NCBI GenBank assembly: GCA_031835245.2
Contig: JAVKOQ020000109.1
Span: forward strand, 124,001-167,373
Length of the DNA: 43,373 bases
Source: Balamuthia mandrillaris
Lineage: Eukaryota
Direction of reading: 5' to 3'
Shown here: positions 11,942 to 26,000 of the stretch, in pieces
How positions within the stretch are numbered: the first letter of the stretch is position 1
How the letters are laid out: each line of letters begins with the position of its first letter
Position numbers and translations under genes: made by a program
Notes under the pieces: generated by a model
Told to the model about the DNA's origin: nothing
The model's input: the letters and a program-made list of their open reading frames with translations, nothing else
The model's database searches: none

Positions 11942-14900
11942 CAGCAGCTAATTAATTGTTCTTTCAGGGCTTAATGCGTACCGATGAGCCTTGCGCCCCG
12001 CTCCACTACCTGCTTTCGCCAAAACTTTTGTCCTCAGATAGGGCTCGCGTCTCGGCGTATTCTCTCTCCAGAAGCGTGCCCTACATTCCGGCCTCCCAAA
12101 TGACCCAGGTCCTCGAGACAGTTTTGTCTGGCAAGAGCCTTCGTAACCTCAAAGTAACAGCCCACAAAGAGCTTATTCGCCTGTTGGCCAGCAGACCCTG
12201 TCAGACCCATTTCCAAATGATTTTGGCGCAGTGGAAGAGACCTACCACTCACAGAGATGTTCGCGTTTTGATTATCCAAAAGGCCATCTCATTTTTGAAG
12301 AAAGAAGTAGGGGAGGACATTGCTTGGGAGATCCTCGAAGATGCCTCGAATAGCCAAGACGTGGAGCTGCTTACCACCCTTCTTGGCGCTGTGATGCAAG
12401 GCCGCTCTAAGACTAGTTTGAGTGGAAGGATAACATTGAAGCCTCGTTTGCAAGATCATTTGGACGATTTGGCGCATTACCCAGTACCTAGGAAACACGC
12501 CGCTCGCTATGCCACTGACATTGTCTTAAAATTGACAGAAGCTGAGGATGAGGATATTCGTCACTTGGCTATTGCTCTCATGGACAGGTTACATTCTTTT
12601 CCATCAACTTCTTTGCTACCACTACTACTTCTTCTTGATATCTAACCATTCTGCTCTCACTTGCAGATGGGTGGAATCGGACACACAAGAGCGAATGGTA
12701 CAAAAGCTCGCCACAACATTGCTTAACGTAGAAGAAAAATATACCGACAACAAGAATCCCGACATTCAAACCATTTATGACGATTTCTTCCGCCAGTGCG
12801 TCAACGGCAAGTATTTTCCTTGCTGGCCAGTAATGCTTACTCTGCTAGAGGGAAAAAAGTGTTAACCTTTTCCTACTCTTTGCAAATACAATAGGTCTTG
12901 TGCTGACATCGGGTATTTCAAATCGCTACCTCTTTGAAGGTGAGTTGCAAGCGATGCCAGAACCCGTGTTAGATGTGTTGAAGGGACTTTGGAGCGCCAC
13001 CAAATCTCTTGCAGTAAGAGATAGGAAGCGCAGAGAATGCCTTCTTAACCGAATTTCGGCTCTTATTACGGCCTGGCCCACTGCTGCTCAGGATAAAGAA
13101 ATCGCTGAAAAGCTGGAGCAACCACTACTGGAGTAAGTTCTTCTCCTTTCTTTGTAGTTTTTTAATCATTTATTATTTTAAGTTTGTTGGCAATAACCTC
13201 ATGCTAACCCTATTCTCTCCTTTCTTTCCCTTGAAAATTTAGGATGAATGGTTTGTTTGAGTACACATTGATCAAGCGAAAGGCTCAACAAAGTTATTGG
13301 GGGATGTCAAACGAGCAATATGAAGAAGAAATACTCCCCCTGGTGCATGAGCTCATTGTAGTTGGTGCCAATGACCCTAAAGCATCAGCTGAGTTCATGT
13401 CTAGCATTCGTCAAACAATGATTAACGACACGGAGAAGGTAGCTTTTTTTTTCTTTCTGCAAATTTGGTTTTATTTACGCTTTTGGAGTTTTGGGGTTCA
13501 AAAATCCTAATTCATTTGATTTCGTTTCTCTCAGATGTTACTACTCTTCAAGGCGTTGTTCACCAACAAGCTCAGCCCCAACAATAAGCACGACGAACAA
13601 GCCAGTACCACTCCTGCCTACACTGCATTCTTGGAGGCGGTTGTATTGGAGCTTTACCCCGATTATCCCTACTTTATCCAATCCAGTAAGGAAACTGTGA
13701 AAGCGCTTTGTACCTTCCTCGAAACACGCGTTTTTGCTGCCAGTTCCACATATACCAACAGCGCACCCTGCTCTCAGGACACAAAAGCAGCAAAGATAGT
13801 GTCCATCATTACCAACACGAACTCCCAATTCAACAAGCGGGGCTGGGCTGTTCATCCTTCCCTGAAAAAACTCGTTTCTTTCATTGTCGAAACCTATTTG
13901 AGCGAAGGTTGTGGGGAGGCTGGCCCTATCACTCACCGAGGCGCTCTTGCACGAGCTGTAGTTTATAAGGTGCGTGTCCCTCTTTCTTTCTTCTTTTCTT
14001 ATCGTTTTTTCTCTTTTTTTCTCTTTTTTCAAAACCATGCTTACTCATTATTCTATTCGTTCAAACAGTTGAGTCGCAAATTGATCGTGGACGCTGCTCC
14101 GCACACTCTTTGTGCTTTGGCCCACGCCCTCCTCTCCGACTACAGCCACAGTCCCTCCGACTCGTCCAACACTGCCGCTGTCAATGCACTGACCGAATTT
14201 GCCCGCTTGATTAATGACAGGGAAAAGTACCTACAACGTCAACAACTGCTTGAGCAGTTAAAGACGGCAGTTACAGGTGGACTGGATGAGTCCAACCAGT
14301 GGAAGTTAAGCAGTCCCGCGCTCAAGTTTATTGAGCTGCTATTGAAGCCGCAAGCACTGACACCTCAAGCTGATCCTCTGCCAATAAGCAATAAGAATGG
14401 CAAAGCGCCTGGCAGTAATGGCTGGACTGCTAGTGCCTGTCCTTCTGCCTTTGCCAATGTTGAGTTTATGGTTTGTTTGTTCTCTGTCTTATCTTGCTAT
14501 GTTTTCGTTCTCTCTCTTTCTCTTTGGTTATGTCTGTTTGGCACTAAACATTTTTTTTATTAATTTTCTTCTTTTTGAAAAACTTTTATAATAGACGGCA
14601 TTGAGTGTATTAGAGCAGTTCCCAGCGTTTGCCGCGCAATGCCCAGAAGCCACGCTGAGCTTTGTACATGAATGCCTGGTGCGCGCTGTGAGCCATAGGA
14701 GCTCCACGCCAACCCTTACTGTTACCTCCCTGTTGCAACGACTGACTAGTCTCATCACTCGCGGTTTCACCAACGAAACAAAGATGGAGCTGCTAGACGA
14801 GAAGGACAACTACACAGCTGTCAAGCAGAACCAAGCCACTAAGCAGAGAGTGGAGGAGGCCGTCAATCGCGTTGAGAAGTTCATCCGTGCCATTAAATCC

Positions 14901-15257
14901 TGCTCCTTGGCCCAGAACAACAACAAAAAGAGAAAGAAGGGCAGCAATCAGCAGCAATCTCATCTCTACAAACAGCTGTGTCAGTGGTTGGCCTTTGAGG
15001 TGCTGACGGAAATGGGAGAGGCCACAAGCGTGGAAGTTGTGCTGGAACCGGAAGCAACAACTGAAGAGGAAAAAGAGAAAGAGAAGGAGGGTGAGAGCTC
15101 CACTAAGGTAGAAGGCAAGAAAAAGAAGAAGAAGAAGACCCTCTCGGAATGGGTGTGGAGAGAAACCTTCGAGGTTTTGTTGGACGAGTTTTGTGAGAGC
15201 AACATTCCCGAGCTGAAGTTAGAGGCCTGGAAGACTCAGACCCGTCGTCAAGCCTAA
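7295..15257 (+). CDS. Large (~2,100 aa) uncharacterised, mostly alpha-helical (ARM/HEAT-like) protein, about 18 exons
   Basis: A chain of long + strand ORFs is joined in frame by short introns from ATG 7295 (MSEQQQVAVALPKNKEELLKLVDGLPYAKR) to TAA 15255-15257. It is Leu-rich and amphipathic, with no catalytic motif recognised. Two junctions need GC donors (11898, 12807). Confidence 0.8.
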
Positions 15258-15819
15258 CTAAGCCTTCCCTTCCGTTGCTACTATTTCCACTTTGCATTAT
15301 TTTTTCATTATCCTTGAAGAAAACGCACATCACATCTCGCCACTCTTTCTTGTGTGCTGCTCTCCCTTCTCGCTCACCGTCTTTTCTTGTCGACAGGGAA
15401 GGATTATCCATGTCGACATTGTGGGTTGTCGACATAAAAGAAAAATCGTGGAATTGGATTGAGGGGTTGTTGCACCGCAACGCAAAAAAAGAAAAGAAAA
15501 GAACGCAAGTTGTGTTGGGGCGGCCAGTGCACACGCGCTCTCTTTGGTTTGGACCTACGACGGTTTCTGCTTTCTTGCACGTACTGGTACGAAGCGAGAA
15601 ACTTCCGCAACCTTTCTAGCGTCATCGTTTTCTTCCAAACATCTAGTTTTTGTGTGCTGATTTTTTTTTTTCGTTTCGATTTTGGAAAAACAAAAAACCA
15701 GCTGAAAGCAGCTGCGCTAAGTAAACGGGGCGGATTTTTTTTTTGTTGCTTAGATCTCCCACCAACAACGCTACACTAGCATAAACCGCACTTGTACTCC
15801 ACCGATTCACACAGCCGCT

Positions 15820-18800
15820 ATGTCTTCTTCTTCTTCTGTCGAGCCGATGGAAGATGGCACCCAAGTGGAGGCAATGAGGGAAGAAGATTTTATGTCAGCA
15901 GAAGAGAAAGCGATGAAAGAGAAGCTGCGCAAGTGGCGGCAGCTCAACACAAAGCGCTACGGCACAAAACGAAAGTTTGGCTATGTGGAGCCGCAAAAAG
16001 AGGACATGCCGCCGGAGCACGTTCGCAAGATCATCAAAGATCACGGCGACATGTCCAGCAAAAAATTTAGGCACGACAAGCGGGTGTACTTGGGAGCGCT
16101 CAAGTATGTGCCGCACGCCATCCTCAAGCTCCTGGAGAACATGCCAATGCCATGGGAACAAATCAGGGAGGTGCCCGTCCTCTACCACATCACAGGTGCC
16201 ATCACCTTTGTGAACCAGATCCCCCTCGTCATAGAGCCCGTCTATATCGCACAGTGGGGCACCATGTGGATCGCCATGCGAAGGGAGAAGAGGGACAGAC
16301 GTCACTTTAAGCGTATGCGTTTCCCTCCCTTTGACGACGAGGAGCCCCCCTTGGACTATGGTGACAACATTATCGACGTGGAGCCGCTGGAGGCCATTCG
16401 CCTGGAGCTGGACGAGGATGAAGACGCTCCGGTCATCGACTGGCTCTACCAGAATCGTCCCCTCCAACATACAAAGTTCGTGAACGGTCCCAGCTACAAG
16501 CGTTGGAGACTTCCTCTGCCTGTCATGTCCAATCTCTACCGTTTAGCTGGACAGTTGCTCAGCGACTTAACTGACAACAATTACTTTTATCTCTTTGACG
16601 AGAAGTCGTTCTTCACGGCGAAGGCCCTCAGCTTGGCCATTCCTGGGGGTCCCAAGTTCGAGCCCCTCTTCCGAGACATTGACGACGCTGATGAGGATTG
16701 GAACGAGTTCAATGACATCAACAAGATTATCATTCGTCATCACATCCGAAGCGAGTATAGGATTGCATTTCCTTATCTCTACAACAACCGACCACGAGCG
16801 GTGCATCTGTCGTGGTACCATCGTCCGAGCAGCGTATTCATCAAAACGGATGACCCTGACCTGCCTGCTTTCTACTTTGACCCTCTGATCAATCCTATCT
16901 CTTCCTTCCGAGCGGAGAGTGGACGACGACAAGATAAGGGAGGAGACAAAATGAAAGTGCAGGAAGTAGACGAGGACGAGGAAGTTGAAGAGGAGGACTG
17001 GGATGAGGAGGATTTCGCCTTGCCGGAAGGGGTGGTACCTTTCCTCACCGACGTGGACACTTACACTGAAAACACCGCCAATGGCATCAATCTTTATTGG
17101 GCACCGCGTCCCTTCAACCTTCGCAGCGGCCGGACGAGACGTGCACAGGACGTTCCTTTGGTGAAGTCCTGGTACCAAGAGAGATGCCCTCCCAACCATC
17201 CTGTAAAAGTGCGCGTGAGCTACCAAAAGTTGCTCAAGTGCTACGTGCTCAATCGTTTGAAGCACCGTCCTCCCAAAGCCCTCAACAAACGCTATCTCTT
17301 CCGCTCTCTCAAAGCCACCAAGTTCTTCCAAACGACACAGTTGGACTGGGTGGAGGCTGGCTTGCAAGTTTGCCGTCAGGGCTACAACATGCTGAACCTC
17401 CTTATCCATCGCAAGAACTTAAATTACCTCCACTTGGACTACAACTTCAACTTAAAGCCCATCAAGACTCTCACTACCAAGGAACGCAAAAAGTCGCGGT
17501 TCGGTAACGCTTTTCATCTTTGCCGAGAGATCCTGCGCTTGACCAAACTGGTGGTGGACGCTCAGGTCCAGTTCCGTTTGGGCAATGTGGACGCCTTCCA
17601 GCTCGCCGATGGCCTTCAATACACCTTTGCACACGTCGGTCAGTTGACAGGCATGTATCGCTACAAGTACCGTTTGATGCGACAGATCCGCATGTGCAAA
17701 GATCTCAAGCACTTGCTCTACTATCGCTTCAACACCGGTCCCGTGGGCAAAGGCCCTGGCTGCGGTTTCTGGGCTCCTGGATGGAGGGTGTGGCTGTTCT
17801 TCCTTCGGGGCATCGTCCCTCTGCTGGAGCGTTGGTTGGGCAACCTTTTGGCCAGGCAGTTCGAGGGAAGACACTCCAAAGGCATTGCCAAGACCGTCAC
17901 CAAGCAACGTGTGGAGAGTCACTACGACTTGGAGCTTCGTGCGGCCGTCATGCACGACATTTTGGATATGATGCCGGAAGGCATCCGTCAAAACAAAACG
18001 AGGACAATCCTGCAGCACCTCAGCGAGGCATGGCGCTGCTGGAAAGCCAACATCCCGTGGAAGGTGCCTGGCTTGCCCGCTCCTATCGAGAACATGATCC
18101 TCCGTTACGTCAAGTCCAAGGCCGATTGGTGGACTCAGGTCTCTCACTACAACAGAGAGAGAATCCGCAGAGGAGCCACCGTAGATAAAACTGTTTGCAA
18201 GAAGAACTTGGGTCGGTTGACTCGTCTGTGGTTGAAGGAGGAGCAAGCGCGACAACACAATTACCTCAAGGACGGTCCCTACATCACAGCAGAGGAGGCC
18301 GTCGCCATCTACACAACGACCGTGAACTGGCTAGAGAGCAGAAAGTTCTCTCCGATTCCCTTCCCTCCTCTCTCCTATAAGCACGACACCAAGCTGATGA
18401 TCCTGGCCTTGGAGCGATTGAAAGAGGCCTACAGCGTCAAATCCCGCCTCAATCAGAGCCAAAGAGAGGAGTTGGGCCTGATAGAGCAGGCCTATGACAA
18501 CCCCCACGAAGCTCTCAGCAGAATCAAACGTCATCTCTTGACGCAGCGTGCCTTCAAGGAAGTAGGCATCGAGTTCATGGACCTCTACAGTCATCTCATT
18601 CCGGTGTACGATGTGGAGCCGCTGGAAAAGATAACAGACGCTTACCTTGACCAGTACGTATGGTATGAGGCAGACAAGCGGCACTTGTTCCCTGCTTGGG
18701 TGAAGCCTGCTGACACGGAGCCTCCTCCCTTGCTCGTCTACAAGTGGTGCCAGGGCATTAACAACCTTAGCGAAGTGTGGGAGACCTCTGAAGGACAATG

Positions 18801-21800
18801 CCTCGTCATGATGGAGACCAAGTTCAAGGACGTCTACCAGAAGATAGATCTTACGTTGCTCAATCGTCTGCTGCGTTTGATTCTGGACCACAACATCGCT
18901 GACTACATGACCGCCAAGAACAACGTCGTCCTCAACTACAAGGACATGAATCACACCAACAGCTATGGCCTCATTCGTGGTCTGCAATTCGCCTCCTTCA
19001 TCTTCCAGTACTACGGCCTCGTGTTGGACCTTTTGATCTTGGGTCTCACTCGCGCCAGCGACATGGCAGGTCCACCACACAAACCCAATGACTTTTTAAC
19101 ATATGAGAGCGAGGAAGCGGAGACTCGTCACCCCATTCGCCTCTACTCCCGCTACATAGACCGTCTGCACGTCTGCTTCCGGTTCACTCACGAAGAGGCC
19201 AAGGAGCTCATCCAGCGCTATCTCACCGAGCACCCTGATCCCAACAACGAGAACATTGTGGGCTACAACAACAAGAAATGTTGGCCGAGAGATGCTCGCA
19301 TGCGGCTGATGAAACACGATGTAAACCTTGGCAGAGCCGTTTTTTGGGATATACAGAACCGTTTGCCTCGTTCTATCACTACCCTCGAGTGGGAGGACAG
19401 CTTCGTCTCCGTTTACTCCAAGGACAACCCCAACTTGCTCTTCTCCATGTGTGGCTTCGATGTGCGGATTCTCCCCAAGATCCGCACCCTCAACGAAGAG
19501 TTTGTGCAGCAGGACGGCGTGTGGAACCTCCAGAACGAAAACACCAAGGAACGAACGGCGCAGGCCTTCCTTCGGGTGGACGAGGAGTCCCTGAGCCGCT
19601 TCGAGAACCGAGTGAGGATGATCCTTATGGCCTCCGGCTCTACCACCTTTACCAAGATCGTCAACAAATGGAACACGGCCCTCATCGGCTTGATGACCTA
19701 CTACAGGGAGGCCACCGTCCACACGCAAGAGCTGCTGGACTTGCTGGTCAAGTGTGAAAACAAGATTCAGACGCGTATCAAGATCGGTCTTAACTCTAAA
19801 ATGCCGAGTCGCTTCCCTCCTGTGGTCTTCTACACACCGAAGGAGTTGGGAGGATTGGGTATGTTGAGCATGGGACACGTGCTCATTCCTCAGTCCGACC
19901 TGCGTTACTCCAAGCAGACTGATGTGGGCACCACCCACTTCCGCAGCGGCATGTCTCACGAGGAGGACCAGCTCATCCCCAACTTGTACCGCTACATCCA
20001 ACCCTGGGAGCAAGAGTTTATCGACTCGCAACGGGTATGGGCAGAGTACGCGCTCAAGAGGCAAGAAGCTCAGGCGCAGAACAAACGTCTTACTCTGGAA
20101 GATTTGGAAGATTCCTGGGACAGAGGTATTCCTCGTATCAACACTTTGTTCCAGAAGGACCGTCATACCCTCGCCTACGACAAAGGTTGGCGCGTACGCA
20201 CAGACTTCAAGCAATACCAAGTGCTGAAGAACAATCCCTTCTGGTGGACCCATCAGCGTCACGACGGCAAGCTCTGGAACCTCAACAACTACCGGACGGA
20301 CATGATCCAATCTCTGGGTGGTGTGGAGGGCATTCTGGAACACACCCTTTTCAAGGGCACGTTCTTCCCTACATGGGAGGGTCTCTTCTGGGAGAAGGCT
20401 TCGGGCTTCGAGGAGTCCATGAAGTACAAGAAGTTGACCAACGCTCAGCGCTCCGGTCTAAACCAGATTCCCAACCGTCGCTTCACGCTGTGGTGGAGTC
20501 CCACCATCAACCGCGCTAACGTCTACGTGGGCTTTCAGGTGCAGTTGGACTTGACGGGCATCTTCATGCACGGCAAGATCCCTACCCTCAAGATTTCGCT
20601 CATTCAGATCTTCAGGGCTCACTTGTGGCAGAAGATCCACGAATCGTTGGTCATGGATTTGTGCCAAGTCTTTGATCAGGAGTTGGACGCGCTGGAGATC
20701 GAAACGGTGCAGAAGGAAACCATCCATCCTCGCAAGTCCTACAAGATGAATTCATCCTGTGCCGATATCCTTCTCTTTGCTGCCTACAAATGGCCAGTCT
20801 CCAAGCCTTCCCTTCTGACAGAGGGCAATGACGTCTACGACGCTAATACCACCAAGTACTGGGTGGACGTTCAGCTGCGTTGGGGAGACTACGACTCACA
20901 CGACATCGAGCGCTACGCCCGCGCCAAGTTCTTGGACTATACCACAGACAACATGTCCATCTACCCCTCGCCCACCGGCGTACTCATCGCCTACGATCTT
21001 GCCTACAACCTCTACAGCGCGTTTGGCAATTGGTTCACCGGCGTGAAGCCCTTGTTGGGTCAAGCTATGGCCAAGATACAGAAAGCCAACCCTGCCCTGT
21101 ACGTGCTGAGGGAGCGCATCCGCAAGGGTCTTCAGCTCTACTCCTCTGAGCCGACGGAGCCTTACCTCTCCTCTCAGAACTACGGCGAGCTCTTCTCCAA
21201 CCAGATCATTTGGTTCGTCGACGACACAAACGTCTACCGAGTGACCATCCACAAGACCTTTGAGGGTAACTTGACAACCAAGCCCATCAACGGCGCCATC
21301 TTCATCTTCAACCCGAGAACTGGACAATTGTTCCTGAAGATCATTCACACTTCTGTCTGGGCCGGTCAAAAACGTCTTGGTCAGCTGGCCAAGTGGAAGA
21401 CGGCTGAAGAAGTGGCTGCCCTCATTCGTTCGTTGCCAGTAGAAGAACAGCCCAAGCAGATTATCGTGACAAGGAAAGGCATGTTAGATCCGTTGGAAGT
21501 GCACTTGCTTGACTTTCCCAACATTGTGATCAAGGGCAGCGAACTACAGCTGCCCTTCCAGGCCTGCCTCAAGATCGAGAAGTTTGGCGATCTGATCCTG
21601 AAGGCCACAGAACCACAGATGGTGCTCTTCAACATCTACGATGACTGGCTAAAGTCCATCAGCTCTCATACTGCCTTCTCTCGTCTTGTTTTGATCCTGC
21701 GTGCCCTTCATGTCAACAACGAGAAGACGCGCGTCATCCTGAAACCTGACAAGACAGTGACGACGCAGCCGCATCATATCTGGCCTTCCCTCAACGACGA

Positions 21801-22929
21801 GCAGTGGGTCAAAGTGGAGGTGGCGCTGAAGGACCTTATCCTGGCAGACTATGGCAAGAAGAACAACGTAAACGTGGCAAGCTTGACCAACTCGGAGATT
21901 AGGGACATTATCCTGGGTATGGAGATTGCACCGCCGAGCGAGCAGCGGCAGCAGATTGCTGAGATCGAGAAACAGACGCAGGAGGCCAGCCAGCTCAATG
22001 CCGTCACCAACAAGACGACCAACGTGCATGGCGACGAGATCATCGTCACGACGACAAGCCCCTACGGCCAAAAGGCCTTCAAGTCAAAGACAGACTGGCG
22101 AGTGAGGGCTATATCCGCCACCAACCTCCACCTCCGGACGAACCACATCTACGTGACCTCCGATGATGTGAAGGAGACAGGCTATACATACATCTTACCA
22201 AAGAACGTCCTCAAGAAGTTCATTTGTATCAGCGATTTGCGAACGCAAATAGCAGGATACCTCTACGGTATCAGCCCTCCAGACAATCCGATGGTCAAGG
22301 AGATCCGCTGTGTGGTGATGCCTCCTCAATGGGGCACTCACCAGGAGGTCAATTTGCCTCACCAACTGCCTGAACACGAGTATCTCTCCGACATGGAGCC
22401 GTTGGGATGGCTTCACACGCAACCCAACGAGCTGCCGCAGCTCTCTCCCACAGATGTGATCACTCACGCTGGCATCCTCGCTGACAACAAGCAGTGGGAC
22501 GCGGACAAGGCCATCGTCCTCACCGTCTCCTTCACCCCTGGCTCTTGCTCTCTGACGGCCTACAAGATTACGCCAGCCGGCTTCAAGTGGGGTCAGGCCA
22601 ACCGCGATGCTCATTCCAACCAGCAGTTTAGTGGCTACTCCCCCCTCTTCTACGAGAAAGTGCAAATGTTGCTCAGCGATCGCTTCCTGGGCTTCTACAT
22701 GGTGCCAGAGCACGGCTTGTGGAACTACAACTTCTCTGGTGTGAAGCACAATCCACACATGAAGTATGCTCTGACAGTGGCCAACCCGAAGGAGTTCTAT
22801 CATGAGACCTTCCGTCCGACTCACTTTTTGTCTTGGGTACAGTCTGAAGATGTGGGCAAGGAGGCGGAAGCACCTGTCGATATCACAGAGGGCGACCTTG
22901 ATGCCGACCGAGAAGATCTTTTTGCTTAA
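15820..22929 (+). CDS. PRP8: Pre-mRNA-processing-splicing factor 8 (U5 snRNP core), 2369 aa, no introns, no intein
   Basis: Highly conserved Prp8 motifs throughout: [66 protein letters not shown], RNase H-like DDTNVYRVT and Jab1/MPN GWLHTQ. Confidence 0.99.
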   Translation: MSSSSSVEPMEDGTQVEAMREEDFMSAEEKAMKEKLRKWRQLNTKRYGTKRKFGYVEPQKEDMPPEHVRKIIKDHGDMSSKKFRHDKRVYLGALKYVPHAILKLLENMPMPWEQIREVPVLYHITGAITFVNQIPLVIEPVYIAQWGTMWIAMRREKRDRRHFKRMRFPPFDDEEPPLDYGDNIIDVEPLEAIRLELDEDEDAPVIDWLYQNRPLQHTKFVNGPSYKRWRLPLPVMSNLYRLAGQLLSDLTDNNYFYLFDEKSFFTAKALSLAIPGGPKFEPLFRDIDDADEDWNEFNDINKIIIRHHIRSEYRIAFPYLYNNRPRAVHLSWYHRPSSVFIKTDDPDLPAFYFDPLINPISSFRAESGRRQDKGGDKMKVQEVDEDEEVEEEDWDEEDFALPEGVVPFLTDVDTYTENTANGINLYWAPRPFNLRSGRTRRAQDVPLVKSWYQERCPPNHPVKVRVSYQKLLKCYVLNRLKHRPPKALNKRYLFRSLKATKFFQTTQLDWVEAGLQVCRQGYNMLNLLIHRKNLNYLHLDYNFNLKPIKTLTTKERKKSRFGNAFHLCREILRLTKLVVDAQVQFRLGNVDAFQLADGLQYTFAHVGQLTGMYRYKYRLMRQIRMCKDLKHLLYYRFNTGPVGKGPGCGFWAPGWRVWLFFLRGIVPLLERWLGNLLARQFEGRHSKGIAKTVTKQRVESHYDLELRAAVMHDILDMMPEGIRQNKTRTILQHLSEAWRCWKANIPWKVPGLPAPIENMILRYVKSKADWWTQVSHYNRERIRRGATVDKTVCKKNLGRLTRLWLKEEQARQHNYLKDGPYITAEEAVAIYTTTVNWLESRKFSPIPFPPLSYKHDTKLMILALERLKEAYSVKSRLNQSQREELGLIEQAYDNPHEALSRIKRHLLTQRAFKEVGIEFMDLYSHLIPVYDVEPLEKITDAYLDQYVWYEADKRHLFPAWVKPADTEPPPLLVYKWCQGINNLSEVWETSEGQCLVMMETKFKDVYQKIDLTLLNRLLRLILDHNIADYMTAKNNVVLNYKDMNHTNSYGLIRGLQFASFIFQYYGLVLDLLILGLTRASDMAGPPHKPNDFLTYESEEAETRHPIRLYSRYIDRLHVCFRFTHEEAKELIQRYLTEHPDPNNENIVGYNNKKCWPRDARMRLMKHDVNLGRAVFWDIQNRLPRSITTLEWEDSFVSVYSKDNPNLLFSMCGFDVRILPKIRTLNEEFVQQDGVWNLQNENTKERTAQAFLRVDEESLSRFENRVRMILMASGSTTFTKIVNKWNTALIGLMTYYREATVHTQELLDLLVKCENKIQTRIKIGLNSKMPSRFPPVVFYTPKELGGLGMLSMGHVLIPQSDLRYSKQTDVGTTHFRSGMSHEEDQLIPNLYRYIQPWEQEFIDSQRVWAEYALKRQEAQAQNKRLTLEDLEDSWDRGIPRINTLFQKDRHTLAYDKGWRVRTDFKQYQVLKNNPFWWTHQRHDGKLWNLNNYRTDMIQSLGGVEGILEHTLFKGTFFPTWEGLFWEKASGFEESMKYKKLTNAQRSGLNQIPNRRFTLWWSPTINRANVYVGFQVQLDLTGIFMHGKIPTLKISLIQIFRAHLWQKIHESLVMDLCQVFDQELDALEIETVQKETIHPRKSYKMNSSCADILLFAAYKWPVSKPSLLTEGNDVYDANTTKYWVDVQLRWGDYDSHDIERYARAKFLDYTTDNMSIYPSPTGVLIAYDLAYNLYSAFGNWFTGVKPLLGQAMAKIQKANPALYVLRERIRKGLQLYSSEPTEPYLSSQNYGELFSNQIIWFVDDTNVYRVTIHKTFEGNLTTKPINGAIFIFNPRTGQLFLKIIHTSVWAGQKRLGQLAKWKTAEEVAALIRSLPVEEQPKQIIVTRKGMLDPLEVHLLDFPNIVIKGSELQLPFQACLKIEKFGDLILKATEPQMVLFNIYDDWLKSISSHTAFSRLVLILRALHVNNEKTRVILKPDKTVTTQPHHIWPSLNDEQWVKVEVALKDLILADYGKKNNVNVASLTNSEIRDIILGMEIAPPSEQRQQIAEIEKQTQEASQLNAVTNKTTNVHGDEIIVTTTSPYGQKAFKSKTDWRVRAISATNLHLRTNHIYVTSDDVKETGYTYILPKNVLKKFICISDLRTQIAGYLYGISPPDNPMVKEIRCVVMPPQWGTHQEVNLPHQLPEHEYLSDMEPLGWLHTQPNELPQLSPTDVITHAGILADNKQWDADKAIVLTVSFTPGSCSLTAYKITPAGFKWGQANRDAHSNQQFSGYSPLFYEKVQMLLSDRFLGFYMVPEHGLWNYNFSGVKHNPHMKYALTVANPKEFYHETFRPTHFLSWVQSEDVGKEAEAPVDITEGDLDADREDLFA

Positions 22930-23042
22930 AACTTTGTTTTCTGTTTCTCTCTCTCAAAAGTAAAGCTAATTTGTTAAAGTATCTTTTCATTCTTACTTAC
23001 AACGGTGGTGTTGGCACTCTTGCCCACCTCCAGCTTAAAATA

Positions 23043-26000
23043 TCAAGGGCCTTGCTCTGTATAAATGACTTCCAATTCCATTTCGTCAACCACTATTGAG
23101 CTCTCTTGCTTCATCCCAGCCAAGAGGGGCACGCTGGCATCTTCACACGCAATTGTATATTTCTTATCTGTTGTTGAGCGTATGCGGCCTTGTTTCCGAT
23201 GTTTGCGTTGGAAAACGACGAGCAGGACAGAGAGACTAATAAGGCTAGTAAAAAGGATGAGTCTGCCAACCCAGAGCCACCATAAATCATTCCTGTAGTT
23301 AAGCTGGAGTTCAGTATGCTTACATAAAATCAACAGGGGGGTGACGGCTACTAACACAAAGGCATCACACACAACATCTTCCAGATGGAGATAGTTGTCA
23401 TGGATTCGGTCGCACTGGGACAAATAAGATAGCCGCTGCACTAGGTGGGCACTATACGAGAGCTCCTTTATAAGCTGCTTCGACAAACGCTAACGGAAGA
23501 AGGTTAACCTTCCGTTTTAAAAAAAAATTAAAAAAAAGAGTTGGACATACGAAAGTTGAAGGCATAACATCACTGTAGTTCTGAAGATGTTGTACTAGTG
23601 GTTCAGCTTTGCGTAGCTCTGCCTGAGCGGTTGTAAAAATGCTACCCAGCGGATTGGCAGCAGGGTTCGTGCATTCCAGGAAGTAGTGCAAGATGTCTTG
23701 AATGTGTATTTGCGTAAAGAGCTGATTTCGGAGTTGAAAGCGTTTGTTTTGCGTCAAAGGAGCATCAATGCTCTCCGCCTTGTTGGTTATTGATTGCAGC
23801 CATTGGTCCGGTGCATAGCAGAAATCAGAGGTAAAGGCCAAAGATGGTAGGTACAGCGAAAGTTCTACTGCCAAACAGAAAGCTGCCACCATAACCATCC
23901 AAAATAGACTGTGTTGTGATCTGCAGTCAGAGAGCACAGATAGAGAGCGAGAGAGAGCGAGATAGAGAGAGAGAGAGAGAGAGAGATAGAGAGCAAAGGA
24001 GAGAAGCAGGAGGGGGGAAAAATTAAGAGCATAATCCTTACATTCCCATTAAGTGAGGTCTTTTGGGCGAAGCTATAACACAAACCAAAGCAAGAACCAA
24101 CCAGCCAGAAAAAACGGACATATAAACGAACCTGCAGGTATTGTAATTAAGCTCCAACAGCATATTAAAAGCTAAAGTGAAGGAATAATACCAAAGCAGT
24201 TCAAAGCGAAGCAGCCTTCCTTCCCATATGGGAAGAATATGATTAACTCCTTCCATAGTGTCTCCTAGCAGTACTGAACTAGCGGCAACTTTTTCAGTGG
24301 TGGTTTCCCATTTTTCCAGCGAATCCCTAGCATTTGGTGGGAACTCGAACATACTTTGATATTCCTTAAGTGAATCGCGAATATCGTCAACGCCTTCTTC
24401 GAGGGAGCTGGTATCCTCTAATGCAACAAGTTGCTCTGCCAACTCATCCGCATATTGAGGTATGGGTATCGGCCTCCTCAGCTGCTGCCTAAGATTGTCG
24501 AGCTCTGCCTTGAGTTTGGTTGATATCTCAGCCGTTTCTTTATTGTTTCTCCGCCACGTTCTAATACCGTATACTAGGTTGACCAGGTCTGTGAGCATGT
24601 CGAAAGACGTTTCTTTTTCTACTTCTTCTTCTCCAAAGCTAAGATGCTTTTCCTTTGATAAACATCAAGAATGAATAAAGTTAATGATTGGCCACCCATG
24701 TGAGCCACGAGAGACGCGAACCTTGATATGCTCTGCTAAAGATAGGAGGTAAGGGGGATAGGCTGGACGTGGGTAATCCAACAGGATCAAGTCAATGAAT
24801 CGTTGAGTAGAGGGGTGGAGCTGTTCCAACATGTTTGCCTGAAACCTTTTTACATCAGTGGCACAGCCTTCCACCATCACCTCAGCTAATGTTGCACCAA
24901 AGCAGATTTAATTAGCACATAACGACAAACGAATGATTGTTAGGTGATATTTGCCTTGAGCGAATGCCTGTCTTAGTTGTTGTGTAGTGCTAAACAATCC
25001 TTCAAAGTCAAGAAAATGATTAAGTTTCACCGTAGCATTAAGAATGGTAAGCTCTTCTTCCACCTGCAAGCACAAAAAGTTAATCATTGAAAAAGAAACA
25101 CAGAGGAAGTAATAGTACCTTACTCATGTTTGGAAGTTGTGCGAGACATTGAGAAATGCCCTCGAGTCCATGCAAGATAGAGGGATAGACAACTGGGGAG
25201 TCCTTCACCTTCTTCATGAGCAATGAATCCAGATCGCCAACTAAGCCTTAAATATAAATGGAGAAAGGATAAGCTAGGGTGCGATCGTGAAGTTGAAAAG
25301 ACCCGTACTCTCTACATCTGGAAGCACATGGAATGCCGCCTTGAATACTGTTGCATCTCTTTCCAGCTCGCTAAGAATCTTATGTACGGCTATGAGAGTA
25401 TGATTCAATTGTTGAAGCTGCTGCACGCCCCTCATACCGCTAGTTACAAGGCCATCCACCACATCGACAGCTTCATTAGCCCTATCTGTACAAGCCAGCA
25501 GTATAAGTTAATAACCTCATTTGTCACAGCTGCTAGTCGTGAAAAGGAGGACAAAAGAAGGTACAAAAGCGAACCGACAAGGTCATGGGCGGGCGTCAAC
25601 GCAGATTGCACAGCATCGTGCACGTTTGACGTAATAGTCCATGTTGCCACGCTTACCCCTCTGTTTATGTCCATTTCAAGATAATCAGTAAACGCGAAGA
25701 GTGATAACGTTGGGAGGAGTTACGAACATTACGAAAAGTAGGGCGAGGGTTATGCTCACGAGCCAAAAACAGTCGACGGGTGTGGTAGCATTCCTTCGTT
25801 TCGGCCGGTGGCTGCTTTTGCAGCTACAGAACCGTGCGGTAACGTACAGGAGAGACAATAGTGCCACTAAAATGGCTAACACAGCTCCAGGCACTGCTAG
25901 CATCCCTATACTCTATAGAGTAAATACATTAATAGGAGTGCAAAAGAGAAGGAACAGAAGAAGGCAGAAGAGAAGAATCAGAGATTACGAAGATAATGAG

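Noticed and set aside
20380..20420. PRP8 intein at the common [11 protein letters not shown] insertion site
   Set aside because: The site is empty, the protein has normal length, and there are no Hint or LAGLIDADG motifs.
15895..22873. Long antisense and off-frame ORFs over PRP8 and the kinase exons (up to 415 aa)
   Set aside because: They are shadow ORFs caused by codon bias of the real genes and show no recognisable motifs.
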